Shown: positions 1-10,008, counted from the stretch's first letter. The stretch is DNA of 64,000 bases from Mucilaginibacter sp. (GCF_041088075.1 NZ_JBGCVY010000049.1:25203-89202), one strand, 5' to 3'. Notes: generated by a model from the letters alone, not told the origin. Translations and numbers: made by a program.

Positions 1-51
1 TGCCCATAAATTCTATTTTTGATATTGTACCGGTGCAAGCAAACAAAATGG

Positions 52-106
52 CACTGATTTTTAGGTGGTAAAAGAAGCATGGAATAAATTGGACAAAATT
101 TAAACA
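52..106. repeat. Family-1 right half (R-arm plus outer TTTAAACA box); the left half lies beyond the window edge
   Basis: CACTGATTTTTAGGTGGTAAAAGAAGCAT at 52-80 and TTTAAACA at 99-106. Confidence 0.8.
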
Positions 107-207
107 GTTGTACCGAAATATTAATTAAAAACCCGAGTTTAGACAGCTAACATATTTGCTACAAACCAAACTCCGCTTGCGCTCACATAAACCACATATA
201 AAATTAC

Positions 208-1020
208 ATGTCCGATCCTAAAAACCTTTTCTTCGATCACGCCACTACCATCCAGGTTACTTTGTTTGCCGTATTGCTAAGTTCTATCTGGGTGGCCGAA
301 GTGGTGTTTTGCGTAGATAAACTGGCAGTAAAATGGAAACATTCGGCCACTAACTTTTTGTTTATGTTCAGCGTGCTGCCGGTCCAGCTTTTGTTAACCT
401 TTTTTGTGGTTGCCATTTCTAATTGGGCCGGCCTACATCATTGGGGCATGCTTTCGTTTTTACCGCACCACAAACACGTCATCCTGTTCTATGTGTTGTC
501 TTTTTTATTGCTTGATTTTTTTGAATACGTCTATCATGTCGTGATGCACAAAGCCGGCCTGCTTTGGAAATTCCATTTGGTACACCATACCGATTTAGAT
601 ATTGATGTTTCTACTACCGTAAGGGAGCATCCGGGCGAGACTTTTGTGCGGGTTTGTTTTTTAATGGTTTGGGTATTTATCAGCGGTGCATCGGTAGGCG
701 TGCTTATTGTACGGCAAACCGTCCAAAGCGTGGCCAATATTTTTGCACATTCAAAAATAAGGTTGCCCTATAAAACAGAAAAACTCATCGGTACTGTTTT
801 TATCACCCCAAATTTGCACCATGTACACCACCATTACCAGCTTCCTTATACCGACAGCAATTATGGCGATGTGCTAAGTATTTGGGACAGGCTGTTCGGA
901 ACGTTCAGGCAATTAAACACAAACGATACCGTGTTTGGTTTGGATACCCACTTTGACCAGGCTACATGCGGCAGTTTTGCCAATGCAATTAAAATACCTT
1001 TTGCCCGTTTTAAAAAGTAG
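208..1020 (+). CDS. Fatty acid hydroxylase / sterol desaturase superfamily membrane protein
   Basis: 270-aa ORF with N-terminal TM helices and three His boxes (HVVMH, HLVHH, HHVHHH) typical of di-iron FAH enzymes. Confidence 0.8.
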   Translation: MSDPKNLFFDHATTIQVTLFAVLLSSIWVAEVVFCVDKLAVKWKHSATNFLFMFSVLPVQLLLTFFVVAISNWAGLHHWGMLSFLPHHKHVILFYVLSFLLLDFFEYVYHVVMHKAGLLWKFHLVHHTDLDIDVSTTVREHPGETFVRVCFLMVWVFISGASVGVLIVRQTVQSVANIFAHSKIRLPYKTEKLIGTVFITPNLHHVHHHYQLPYTDSNYGDVLSIWDRLFGTFRQLNTNDTVFGLDTHFDQATCGSFANAIKIPFARFKK

Positions 1021-1079
1021 GTTTATCCAAACGGCGCTTTAAACATTGTCCTTAAAATTAAATCAGCTTAAACGGCCAA

Positions 1080-1102
1080 CTTTAACCTGATAAAAGAAGC
1101 AT
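1080..1102. repeat. Family-1 solo R-arm (degenerate tail)
   Basis: Exact core TAAAAGAAGCAT at 1091-1102, 29 nt upstream of the CDS start. Confidence 0.7.
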
Positions 1103-1131
1103 CCTGTTGCCAATACCTGACCGTACCTTTT

Positions 1132-2352
1132 TTGAAAAAGCTGAAAATAATAGCAGTCGTCCTTGTTCAGGTTTTCTTCTTATTTAGAGGATACGCAAAA
1201 GAAAATATCGGCTTCATCAAAACTGCCGGTTTTCAATTTAACCAAGATACCGTTAAGGAAAAGGATATCATTGATATACTGCACTCTTTCAGCAAATCCC
1301 CAACTAAAACAGCGCGCCCTCCAAAACAGTTTAATTTTTCATTGGTGCCCTCTGCCGGTTATACTTTATCCACTGGTTTTGCGGTTGACCTTTCCGGCAA
1401 CGCGGTTTTTTATACCAACCCGGCCGATAAAGAAAAACTCTCGAACGTGTTTTCTAATGTTACTTACGATCAGCACAACCAGTTTTTGTTCCATACCAAC
1501 TCTACCATTTGGTCTAAAAGCGAAAACTATGTTTTTATTGGCGATTGGAGGCTGCTTAAATATCCCGAAAACACTTTTGGCCTGGGCAGTTTAACCACCT
1601 CCTCAACAGAAAACCTGGTTGATTACGATTACGTCCGTTTTTACCAAACTGTCCTCCGGAAAATCTTTACCAATTTCTATTCAGGTTTTGGCTACAACTT
1701 GGATTATCACTTTAACATTTCCGAGGCAGGCAATGCAGACCATTCTGTTTCGGATTATAAAAACTATGGTTTAAACCGTACAACTGTATCTTCCGGTATT
1801 ACTTATAATTTGTTGTACGATAGCCGTAAAAACCTTATCAACCCGATCAATGGCATTTATTCCGATGTTATTTATCGTTCCAACTTGCGGTTTTTAGGGA
1901 GTGATGAAAACTGGCAATCTTTAACCTTTGATTTCAGAAAATACTTTAAACTTTCCCCAAAAAACGACAATGTTTTTGCTTTGTGGATGTTGGATTGGTT
2001 TACGCTGAACGGCCAGCCGCCTTACCTTGATTTGCCCAGCACCGGCTGGGACACCAACGGAAATTCGGGCAGGGGCTATCCGCAGGGCAGGTTCAGGGGC
2101 AAAAGCATGCTGTACCTGGAAGGCGAATACCGCTTTAACATTACCCGAAACCACTTGCTTGGGGGCGTACTGTTTGCCAATGCAGAAAGCTTTTCGGCTT
2201 ATCCCGGCAACCAATTCCAGAAAATATTGCCCGGTTACGGGCCGGGGTTGAGGATTAAGTTTAATAAACAGTCGCGTACCAATTTGTGTATTGATTATGG
2301 CATTGGCCAGCATTCGCGGGGCTTTTTTGTGAATTTGGGCGAAGTGTTTTGA
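1132..2352 (+). CDS. Omp85/BamA-type (bacterial surface antigen) outer-membrane beta-barrel protein
   Basis: 406 aa with a signal peptide, alternating beta-strand pattern and aromatic C-terminus (GEVF); TTG start as given in the ORF track. Confidence 0.6.
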   Translation: MKKLKIIAVVLVQVFFLFRGYAKENIGFIKTAGFQFNQDTVKEKDIIDILHSFSKSPTKTARPPKQFNFSLVPSAGYTLSTGFAVDLSGNAVFYTNPADKEKLSNVFSNVTYDQHNQFLFHTNSTIWSKSENYVFIGDWRLLKYPENTFGLGSLTTSSTENLVDYDYVRFYQTVLRKIFTNFYSGFGYNLDYHFNISEAGNADHSVSDYKNYGLNRTTVSSGITYNLLYDSRKNLINPINGIYSDVIYRSNLRFLGSDENWQSLTFDFRKYFKLSPKNDNVFALWMLDWFTLNGQPPYLDLPSTGWDTNGNSGRGYPQGRFRGKSMLYLEGEYRFNITRNHLLGGVLFANAESFSAYPGNQFQKILPGYGPGLRIKFNKQSRTNLCIDYGIGQHSRGFFVNLGEVF

Positions 2353-2464
2353 TGAATCATCAATGTAACTTTATTGTTAATTACAGACTTAAATATCCTG
2401 TTTAAACCACAGTGATTTCTTCTGCAAATCATCCAATTTTCTACAAAATCTGTTTTTATTTTTA

Positions 2465-2493
2465 TCCAAATTTTTACCTGGTAAAAGAAGCAT
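2465..2493. repeat. Family-1 R-arm abutting the response-regulator start
   Basis: CCAAATTTTTACCTGGTAAAAGAAGCAT; its last T is the first base of the TTG start. Confidence 0.8.
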
Positions 2494-3167
2494 TGAAAAT
2501 ACTGATCATTGAAGACGAAACCGGCCTGCGCGAAAGTATAGAAGAATACTTTACCGAAGCAGGAAACATCTGCGAAACGGCCAGTGATTTCTTTTCGGCC
2601 AAAAACAAAATCAACTTGTACCGCTACGATTGTATTTTATTGGATATTACCTTGCCAAATGGCAATGGGCTGGAAATCTTAAAAACCTTGAAAGGGCAGA
2701 ATTATCCCGATGGTGTATTGATTATTTCGGCAAAAAACTCTTTGGATGACCGTTTGCAAGGTTTAGACTTGGGCGCGGATGATTATTTGGTAAAACCTTT
2801 TCACCTATCAGAGCTACGCGCGAGGGTTACGGCCATTATCCGCAGAAAATCTTTTGATGGAAATAACCTGCTTACTTTTAATGAAATACAAGTTGACCTG
2901 CTGGCAAAATCGGTAAAAGTACAAGGCAATATCACCAAACTAACAAAAAAAGAATATGCCTTGCTGCTGTATTTTATGGCTAATAAAGGCAAAGTAGTTT
3001 CTAAAAACGCCATTGCAGAACACTTATGTGGCGATGAAATTGATGCCGCCGATAATTTTGATTTTATCTATTCGCATATTAAAAACCTCCGTAAAAAGAT
3101 GATGGAAGCCGGTGGAACAGATTACATCAGGGCAGCATACGGCATGGGTTATAAGTTTACCGCCTGA
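2493..3167 (+). CDS. OmpR/PhoB-type response regulator
   Basis: Receiver domain (KILIIEDE...DCILLDITLP...K) plus winged-helix C-terminus. The ORF is open from 2412, but the family-typical N-terminus MKILIIEDE corresponds to the TTG at 2493. Confidence 0.85.
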   Translation: MKILIIEDETGLRESIEEYFTEAGNICETASDFFSAKNKINLYRYDCILLDITLPNGNGLEILKTLKGQNYPDGVLIISAKNSLDDRLQGLDLGADDYLVKPFHLSELRARVTAIIRRKSFDGNNLLTFNEIQVDLLAKSVKVQGNITKLTKKEYALLLYFMANKGKVVSKNAIAEHLCGDEIDAADNFDFIYSHIKNLRKKMMEAGGTDYIRAAYGMGYKFTA

Positions 3168-4426
3168 TGAAGCTTTTTGCCACTTATAACCGGGTAAACC
3201 TGGTTACAACCGTGATCGTGATCCTGATTACAGGGGTGGTCTATTACCAGGCCATCAGCCTCATCCTTACCAACCAATTGAACAAAGACCTGGAAGTAGA
3301 AGAGCAGGAAATATTAGATTTTGTAAAACTAAACCACCGGTTGCCGCAGGTTTTTGATTCGAAAGACCAGCAAATCGAGTTTAGGAAAGAACAAAATTTA
3401 CCGGTTAAAAGAAGCTTTATAAACACTTATTATTACAATAAAAAGGAACAGGAAAACGAGCCCGGCCGCGGACTGATCAGTTCTGTTGTGGTAAATGGAA
3501 ACCGCTATAAAGTTTTGATTGCCGAATCTACGGTAGAAACAGAAGACCTGATCAAAATTATTTTTATCATCACTATCGGGATTATTTTACTGTTGATCGC
3601 CATCCTGTTTTTCATCAACCGTTTTATCCTCAACCGCTTGTGGCAGCCGTTTTATGTTACTTTATCACGGATAAGTTCTTTTAATATTATGGATCAGAAG
3701 GAAACCCAAAGGCCGGAGACCAACATTGATGAGTTTAACCAACTAAACGAAGCCGTTGAAAAGATGTGGGCAAGGGTAAAAAAAGAATACCAGGAGCTTA
3801 AAAAATTTACTGAAAATGCTGCCCACGAACTGCTTACGCCAATTGCGGTGATCAATTCTAAATTGGATACGCTTATCCAAACCGACAATTTCAGCCAGCG
3901 GCAAAGCGAATTGTTGAGCGATCTGTATGGTACAGTTTCCAGGTTAAAAAGACTGAACAAAGCCATGCTGCTGCTGGTAAAAATCGAAAACGGATTGATT
4001 GAAGAAGAGCAAATGATCAGCCTGAAAGAAATGGTTACCGAAACCATTGCTTCTTTTCAGGAGCTTTTTTTGGATAAAGACTTGGAAGTGGGCTGCGAAC
4101 TGGAAAACAAAGAAATCAGGGCGAATAATTATTTGATTGAAGTATTGCTGAATAATCTAATTGGCAACGCGATCCGCCACAATTATGCCAACGGAAAAAT
4201 TAAACTCACTTTAAACCATGATTGCCTGATGATACAAAATACCGGTAAAAACATGGCTTTAAATGATAAGGAAATTTTTAGACGGTTTAATAAATCTTCC
4301 GGATCCGAAGGCAGCGGGCTGGGCTTAACCATTGCAAAACAGATTTGCGAAAATTATCATTATCAGTTTTCATACGCTTTTTACCCGCCTTTTCACACTT
4401 TTAAAATTCACTTTCAGCCTGCCTGA
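3167..4426 (+). CDS. Sensor histidine kinase
   Basis: Two TM segments, H-box AHELLTPIA, and N and G boxes (NAIRH, GSGLGLTIAKQ). Its ATG overlaps the response regulator stop (TGATG). Confidence 0.9.
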   Translation: MKLFATYNRVNLVTTVIVILITGVVYYQAISLILTNQLNKDLEVEEQEILDFVKLNHRLPQVFDSKDQQIEFRKEQNLPVKRSFINTYYYNKKEQENEPGRGLISSVVVNGNRYKVLIAESTVETEDLIKIIFIITIGIILLLIAILFFINRFILNRLWQPFYVTLSRISSFNIMDQKETQRPETNIDEFNQLNEAVEKMWARVKKEYQELKKFTENAAHELLTPIAVINSKLDTLIQTDNFSQRQSELLSDLYGTVSRLKRLNKAMLLLVKIENGLIEEEQMISLKEMVTETIASFQELFLDKDLEVGCELENKEIRANNYLIEVLLNNLIGNAIRHNYANGKIKLTLNHDCLMIQNTGKNMALNDKEIFRRFNKSSGSEGSGLGLTIAKQICENYHYQFSYAFYPPFHTFKIHFQPA

Positions 4427-4470
4427 TCCTTTAATGTTGATAAAACAAACTCATATATCTACTTTCCCTG

Positions 4471-4499
4471 ATGCTTCTTTTACCACTAAAAAATCATTG
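4471..4499. repeat. Family-1 L-arm
   Basis: ATGCTTCTTTTACCACTAAAAAATCATTG; a possible degenerate partner lies at about 4553-4571. Confidence 0.8.
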
Positions 4500-4713
4500 C
4501 CGATTAATCATTCGTTACGAAATTTATTAATGAACGGAAGGGTTTTTCTCCTACAATACCAAAAGAAACAATTAATCTTAACCTTGATTTAACAATTACA
4601 GGGTAAATCTACCAGTGTTGTTAAGCCGCGGTTATCAAATTATTACCATTTTGATCTTCCCGTTTTTTCGCTTTTCCGACTGGTAGGTTTGCGGCTTAAT
4701 CAACTTATTGCTG

Positions 4714-7542
4714 ATGAAGCTGCACCTGCTTGTACCTGGGAAACGATGCCTGGCCTTTTTTTTTCTGATCGCACTAATTAAAATCACCAATGCCCAAACT
4801 ATCAAAGGAAAGGTTTATGATTCGGCTTCTGGCGAACCTTTAACAGGTGCCTCGGTTGAGGCAGAGCAAGGCAGTTTTAAACAATATACTTCGGTAAACC
4901 TGGACGGCTCCTATACTTTTCGCAACCTAAAGCCGGGAAAATACGAATTAAAAGCCCGTTTTATCGGCTACAAAACCACCGAAGGACAAGTGGTCGAGCT
5001 GAAAGAAAATGCCACCCTTGTTGTAAACTTGAAAATGCTGAACTCCAGCACCAGCCTAAACGAAATAAAGGTTAAGGGGCAAAGCAGCAAAGAATCAGAC
5101 GGTTCGGCACGGGGAATTGAAAAAAATGCCAGCAGTATAGAAAACGTTCTTTCTGCCAATACCATCCAGCTTTTGCCGGATGTTACGGTAGCCAATGCTT
5201 TGCAACGGGTAAGTGGTGTTACGGTGCAACGGTCTTCAAGCGGTGAAGGGCGTTATGCCATTATCCGCGGGATGGACCAGCGCTACAATTCTACATTGGT
5301 TAATGGCATCAAAATCCCAAGCCCCGACCCTGCATTTCGTTTTGTGCCGATGGATGTTTTCCCTTCGGAGATGCTGGAACGTTTGGAAGTAATCAAAGCC
5401 CTGACCCCAAGCATGGAAGGCGATGCGATTGGCGGGGCAATGAATCTGGTAATGAAAAGCGCACCGGACAGGTTTGTTTTGAGCGCCAATATTTCGGGCG
5501 GATTTTCAAGTTTGTTCTCTTCATCAAGGCCTTTTTCGGCTTTTAGTGCATCGCCAAACAAAACATCGCCGGCAGCAGCAAATGGCAACAGTTATGCTGC
5601 AACTTATAGCGATTTTAATAACAAAGCCATTGCCAGCGATAAAAACCTATCCAGCCCTTTTAGTTCTACCGCCGGAATTACCATTGGCGACCGCTTTTTA
5701 AAGAATAAGTTAGGCGTTATCGTATCTGCCAGTTATCAAAATATTTACCGTGGCTCTAACTCAAAAGAGCTTACCCCAAATGCGCAGCCTTCAGCCATAC
5801 CGCTGCCCAACTCGCCGCAGTTTTCTGATGCTTACGACCGGACTTACTCTACCCAAACCGAACGTTTAGGTATTCATAATAAAATTGATTATGTCATCAA
5901 CGATAAAAACAGGTTGTCCTTATACAATTTATACATCAACCAAAACGAGTTTGAATCCAGGCTAACTTCGGATACTTTAGGCTTAGGTTTAAATTCAACA
6001 GGATTAAGCAAGCAGATCACAATTTTTAACAGGAGCACTTTAACCAAGCAAAACATTTATAACTCCACGCTGCATGGCGAACATATTTTAAGTAACAATT
6101 TAAGGTTTAACTGGAATGCTGTTTATTCTAATGCCAGCAGGCACCAGCCCGACCGTACTGAGTTTTCTTACGATGCCAACAAAGCTTTAAACAATGCGGG
6201 CGTGGTAACTACGGAGATTGACAACAACACGAAACTGACGCATCATTGGGAAAACAACAAAGACCAGGATGTGGCAGGATATGGCAACTTCGTTTACACA
6301 CCTAAAATTGCAAACCGCGATGTCGAGTTTTCTTTGGGCGGCTTGTACCGACACAAAAACCGGGATGCAGATTACATCACTTATTCTTTGACCGGTGGCA
6401 AATCTACTTTGTTTAACGATAATTTCAGTAATATTCCTTTTGGCTTTAATTCGACCGCAGATGGCATCGGTGCCAATAATCCTGACCTTCAAAACAATTA
6501 TACGGTTAAAGAAAACGACAACTCGGAATATTTGCAACTGAAGTTTGATATTGTCCCAAAATTGCAGGCAATAGGTGGTGTAAGGGTTGAAAACACTTAT
6601 ATGATTTATGCAACCCAATCGCCATTAACCGTTACGCAAAGAAGCGGCACCATCAGTTACACGGATGTTTTGCCAAGCATCCATTTAAAATATGCGCTTA
6701 CGGATAATCAAAATTTAAGGGCTTCTTATTTTGCTTCCATCAGCCGCCCTGGTTTTGGTGAAATTGTTCCGTACAAAGTTTCCGGCGAGTACTACGACCA
6801 GGTAGGCAACCCCGATTTAAAACACATTACGGCAGATAATTATGACGTCCGTTACGAACTTTTTCCCGGAGCTGCAGACCAGGTTTTGTTAGGTTCATTT
6901 TTTAAAAAGATACACAACCCGATCGAGTATTTTGTGGTAAGGGAAGGCGGCCCAAGTTCACAAGTTATTAAACCACAAAATGATGAAGGAGACGCCACCA
7001 ATTATGGTTTCGAAGCATTGGTAACCAAGTTTTTTGGCGTGGTTGGGTTTTCTGTTAACTATACTTATACGCATTCCAGGATTACAACAAACAAATTGCT
7101 TTATTATAACGACCCAACTTTAGGTTTGCAGCAATCTTTTGTGAATGAAAGCCGCCCGTTGCAAGGCCAGGCAAATAATGTTGGCAATGCTTCTGTTTTA
7201 TTTAAAAGTGCAAAAATCGGTTTGGATATGCAGGTTTCATTTGTTTTTACGGGAGAGCGGCTGGCACAGGTTTCCCCTTACTACAACTTGGATTTTTACC
7301 AGCATGCCTTTAACCAGTTGGATTTTTCTTTTGAAAAAACACTGCTAAAAAGAGTATCCTTTTACGGCAAAATCAACAACCTGACCAACACCGCCAACAA
7401 AATTTATTTAAAGTTTCCACATGGAAGTTTGGATACAAAACAGCAGGAGTTTTTAGGCAAACAGGATATAGCCGCGCAAACGCTGGTACAAAGCGATTAC
7501 TATAAAACTTTGTTTCTGGGCGGTTTCAGGTACAAATTTTAA
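4714..7542 (+). CDS. TonB-dependent receptor with N-terminal carboxypeptidase-regulatory-like domain
   Basis: About 940 aa with a signal peptide, CarbopepD_reg-like segment (IKGKVYDSASGEPLTGASV), plug domain and C-terminal barrel ending in aromatic residues (GFRYKF). Confidence 0.85.
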   Translation: MKLHLLVPGKRCLAFFFLIALIKITNAQTIKGKVYDSASGEPLTGASVEAEQGSFKQYTSVNLDGSYTFRNLKPGKYELKARFIGYKTTEGQVVELKENATLVVNLKMLNSSTSLNEIKVKGQSSKESDGSARGIEKNASSIENVLSANTIQLLPDVTVANALQRVSGVTVQRSSSGEGRYAIIRGMDQRYNSTLVNGIKIPSPDPAFRFVPMDVFPSEMLERLEVIKALTPSMEGDAIGGAMNLVMKSAPDRFVLSANISGGFSSLFSSSRPFSAFSASPNKTSPAAANGNSYAATYSDFNNKAIASDKNLSSPFSSTAGITIGDRFLKNKLGVIVSASYQNIYRGSNSKELTPNAQPSAIPLPNSPQFSDAYDRTYSTQTERLGIHNKIDYVINDKNRLSLYNLYINQNEFESRLTSDTLGLGLNSTGLSKQITIFNRSTLTKQNIYNSTLHGEHILSNNLRFNWNAVYSNASRHQPDRTEFSYDANKALNNAGVVTTEIDNNTKLTHHWENNKDQDVAGYGNFVYTPKIANRDVEFSLGGLYRHKNRDADYITYSLTGGKSTLFNDNFSNIPFGFNSTADGIGANNPDLQNNYTVKENDNSEYLQLKFDIVPKLQAIGGVRVENTYMIYATQSPLTVTQRSGTISYTDVLPSIHLKYALTDNQNLRASYFASISRPGFGEIVPYKVSGEYYDQVGNPDLKHITADNYDVRYELFPGAADQVLLGSFFKKIHNPIEYFVVREGGPSSQVIKPQNDEGDATNYGFEALVTKFFGVVGFSVNYTYTHSRITTNKLLYYNDPTLGLQQSFVNESRPLQGQANNVGNASVLFKSAKIGLDMQVSFVFTGERLAQVSPYYNLDFYQHAFNQLDFSFEKTLLKRVSFYGKINNLTNTANKIYLKFPHGSLDTKQQEFLGKQDIAAQTLVQSDYYKTLFLGGFRYKF

Positions 7543-7565
7543 CGGTTTTAATAAGATCATCAAAA

Positions 7566-8987
7566 ATGAACAAATCAATATATATTGTTTTAGTTACAAT
7601 AGTGGCCACACTTTCCGGCTGTAAAAAATGGGAAGGCGAACATACCGATATTTACACTTACACGCCTCCGGCAGCAAACCCGGTGAGTGATAAAGCGCCA
7701 TTGACTTGCAGCGGTGGCAGCACAGTTGTACCGATAAAAGGCACCATGCTTTCCGGCAAAACCTACAATGTTGCAGATGGATGCGATTTGGTTATCAATG
7801 CAAACGATACTTTGCTGATGCAACCTGGCGTAACGTTAAACATGGGCGCAGGCAGCAGTTTGATTGCATTGGGCACTTTGGTAAGCAACGGCTCCAAAAA
7901 CCAGCCAAACTTTATTACGGTTCCTGGAGTGGTTAAAAGTGATGCACCGGGCGGAGTTGCCCCGGCCGCAGACCCTGCTTTTGCCGGAAAATGGAAAGGA
8001 ATTGTAGGCGGCCCAACCTGCAATCTGATGGTATTGCGCTGGACGCATGTTGAATACGCCGGTTTAACAGAAGGCAAGGCCACTTCAACCATTGCGGGTT
8101 CTGGCACAGGAAACCAATACAGCATCTTGTTTGCCAATTATAAAGGCAACTTTATCATGGAAGATTCCTGGTTGTATGGCGGTGTGGATGACCCGATCCG
8201 TGTTTCGGCCGGTAAAATTGCCATCTTCCGCAATAATTTTGAAAAAAATGGCGTTAGCGGTGGCGATTGCATCAATGTAAAAGGAGGAACAGTGGGCACA
8301 ATGGCTTATAACTTTTTTATTGGCACCGCTACAAACGGACAAAAAGCCTCCAACAAAGGCCAGGCAACCGGTGCGCCGCAAACCAACATCGTGATGTACA
8401 ACAACACATTTGTAAATGGAGGCTACCGGCAGTCGCAAACTGGCCGCGGCGGTTGTATCAATTTTGAGGAAGGCGCGGCGGGTATGTATTATAACAATGT
8501 TGCCGTGAATTGTAAATATGGTTTCCGGGTTGTGGGCAGCCCGATTGCCGATGTGGCCCATCTTTCTTATGGCAACAATTTTCAATATGCAGATTCTTTG
8601 AGCGTGGCCAACCAGTTTTATCCAACCGGTTACATCACCCAGCCACAGGTTACAGATATTCCTTCGATCACAACTTCTGCTAAATATCTTCCTGCAAATT
8701 ATGCATTGGGTGCAATTTATGACGGAAGCGATGTTGTCCAAAAAAACAACCCCATGTTTCTTAATTTTCCGTTGCCAACTTTTGGCCATCCGTTGGCGCA
8801 ATACAGTGCGGTTGGTACATATAATTTCCGTTTGCAGGCCTCTTCGCCTTTAATTGGAAAAGGCAAAACCAATATCCAACCCTTAATTGTAGTGCCTTTG
8901 GATAAAATTTACGGCCTTTCGGAAGCTACTGCTGCCGGTTCAGATTTAGGTTGCTACCAGCTTAATGGCACTGGCAACCAGCACTAA
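7566..8987 (+). CDS. Lipoprotein, possible parallel beta-helix fold, partner of the upstream TonB-dependent receptor
   Basis: Lipobox LSGC; repeated NNxF/NG motifs; lies 24 nt downstream of the receptor; no SusD-like features. Confidence 0.5.
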   Translation: MNKSIYIVLVTIVATLSGCKKWEGEHTDIYTYTPPAANPVSDKAPLTCSGGSTVVPIKGTMLSGKTYNVADGCDLVINANDTLLMQPGVTLNMGAGSSLIALGTLVSNGSKNQPNFITVPGVVKSDAPGGVAPAADPAFAGKWKGIVGGPTCNLMVLRWTHVEYAGLTEGKATSTIAGSGTGNQYSILFANYKGNFIMEDSWLYGGVDDPIRVSAGKIAIFRNNFEKNGVSGGDCINVKGGTVGTMAYNFFIGTATNGQKASNKGQATGAPQTNIVMYNNTFVNGGYRQSQTGRGGCINFEEGAAGMYYNNVAVNCKYGFRVVGSPIADVAHLSYGNNFQYADSLSVANQFYPTGYITQPQVTDIPSITTSAKYLPANYALGAIYDGSDVVQKNNPMFLNFPLPTFGHPLAQYSAVGTYNFRLQASSPLIGKGKTNIQPLIVVPLDKIYGLSEATAAGSDLGCYQLNGTGNQH

Positions 8988-9077
8988 TTGTAAATGTTGT
9001 TTTGACAATCCTGTTGCCTTGTACTTTTTAATTTGTATTGATTTTATTATTCTAACTTGCATTAAAATTTCAGTACT

Positions 9078-9222
9078 TGTTTAAATATATTAGAGGAAAA
9101 ATTGCCAATGCTTCTTTTACCCTATAAAAATTGGTGCCTGCATCCATTTAAATAAAACGAATGTTTACCAGTTTTTAGGTGATAAAAGAAGCATGGATAT
9201 TTTATCAAGTAAATTTTAAACA
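9078..9222. repeat. Family-1 composite palindromic element (complete)
   Basis: TGTTTAAAT at 9078-9086, L-arm 9108-9136, loop, R-arm 9168-9194, TTTTAAACA at 9214-9222. Confidence 0.9.
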
Positions 9223-9248
9223 GGAACTTACAATTGTAAACTTAACCC

Positions 9249-9806
9249 ATGAAAAAAACGATAATTCCGCTGCTGCTTTTCACCATATTTTGCCTGGTAA
9301 AAGAAGCATCGGCACAAGCCGACAACCTTAAAATTGTATTTATCCGCCACGCCGAAAAACCTGCAAAAGGAGACAATTTAACCTGCCAGGGATTGAACCG
9401 CGCTTTGCAATTGCCAGAATTGATCCGCCGCAAGTTTGGCGTTCCAAACTTTCTTTTTGCTCCGGGTTTAGGTTTGGGCGAGGCAACCAAACATGCCCGT
9501 ATGTTCCAAACCATTGCCCCAATTGCAATCAAATATAATTTGCCTATCAACACCAGCCATGCCGAAAAAGATTCGATGTTGATTGCGCAAGATTTAAAAA
9601 GCCGGACAGGGACAATTATTGTTGTTTGGGAACATAAAGCCATTGCACCGATCGTCCGGTCTTTGGGTGTAACAGCATCAAATTTGATTTGGCCTGATGA
9701 CGATTATGACAGCATTTGGATTGTTGCTTTTGTAAACGGAAAAGCAGTTTTTTCAAAAGACCGGGAAGGCTTGCACCCCTCTGCTGATTGTAACTTTCAC
9801 CAATAG
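9249..9806 (+). CDS. Secreted histidine phosphatase (phosphoglycerate mutase-like) family protein
   Basis: RHAEK catalytic motif and a downstream WEH. The signal-peptide region is encoded by a full Family-1 R-arm (9281-9309). Confidence 0.7.
   Translation: MKKTIIPLLLFTIFCLVKEASAQADNLKIVFIRHAEKPAKGDNLTCQGLNRALQLPELIRRKFGVPNFLFAPGLGLGEATKHARMFQTIAPIAIKYNLPINTSHAEKDSMLIAQDLKSRTGTIIVVWEHKAIAPIVRSLGVTASNLIWPDDDYDSIWIVAFVNGKAVFSKDREGLHPSADCNFHQ
9281..9309. repeat. Family-1 R-arm inside a CDS (signal-peptide region)
   Basis: CACCATATTTTGCCTGGTAAAAGAAGCAT, encoding FTIFCLVKEAS. Confidence 0.8.
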
Positions 9807-9863
9807 TTGGCTTTCATCATCCAACACAGATAATTTTTTTCTATCAATCAAATAAAAAAAGCC

Positions 9864-10008
9864 TGTTTAAATCTGTGTTATAAAAATACACAATGCTTCT
9901 TTTATGCCTGTAAATTTAGTGCTTTGCATTACCACAAAAAATCACAATAGACCAATGATTTTTAGGCGGTAAAAGAAGCATGGAAAATAAACTGAAATAA
10001 ATTAAACC
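9864..10008. repeat. Family-1 composite element
   Basis: TGTTTAAAT at 9864-9872, L-arm 9893-9921, R-arm 9951-9981, degenerate outer box ATTAAACC. Confidence 0.85.

Noticed and set aside
4553-4571. Possible degenerate R-arm (CAATACCAAAAGAAACAAT) partnering the L-arm at 4471
   Set aside because: The similarity is too weak to separate from background AT-rich sequence, so it is not listed as a feature.
9078-9086. The outer box TGTTTAAA...TTTAAACA resembles the half-sites of parS (TGTTTCAC-GTGAAACA)
   Set aside because: Only the TGTTT/AAACA ends match. The halves are about 140 bp apart instead of adjacent, and the number of copies is far too high for centromere sites.
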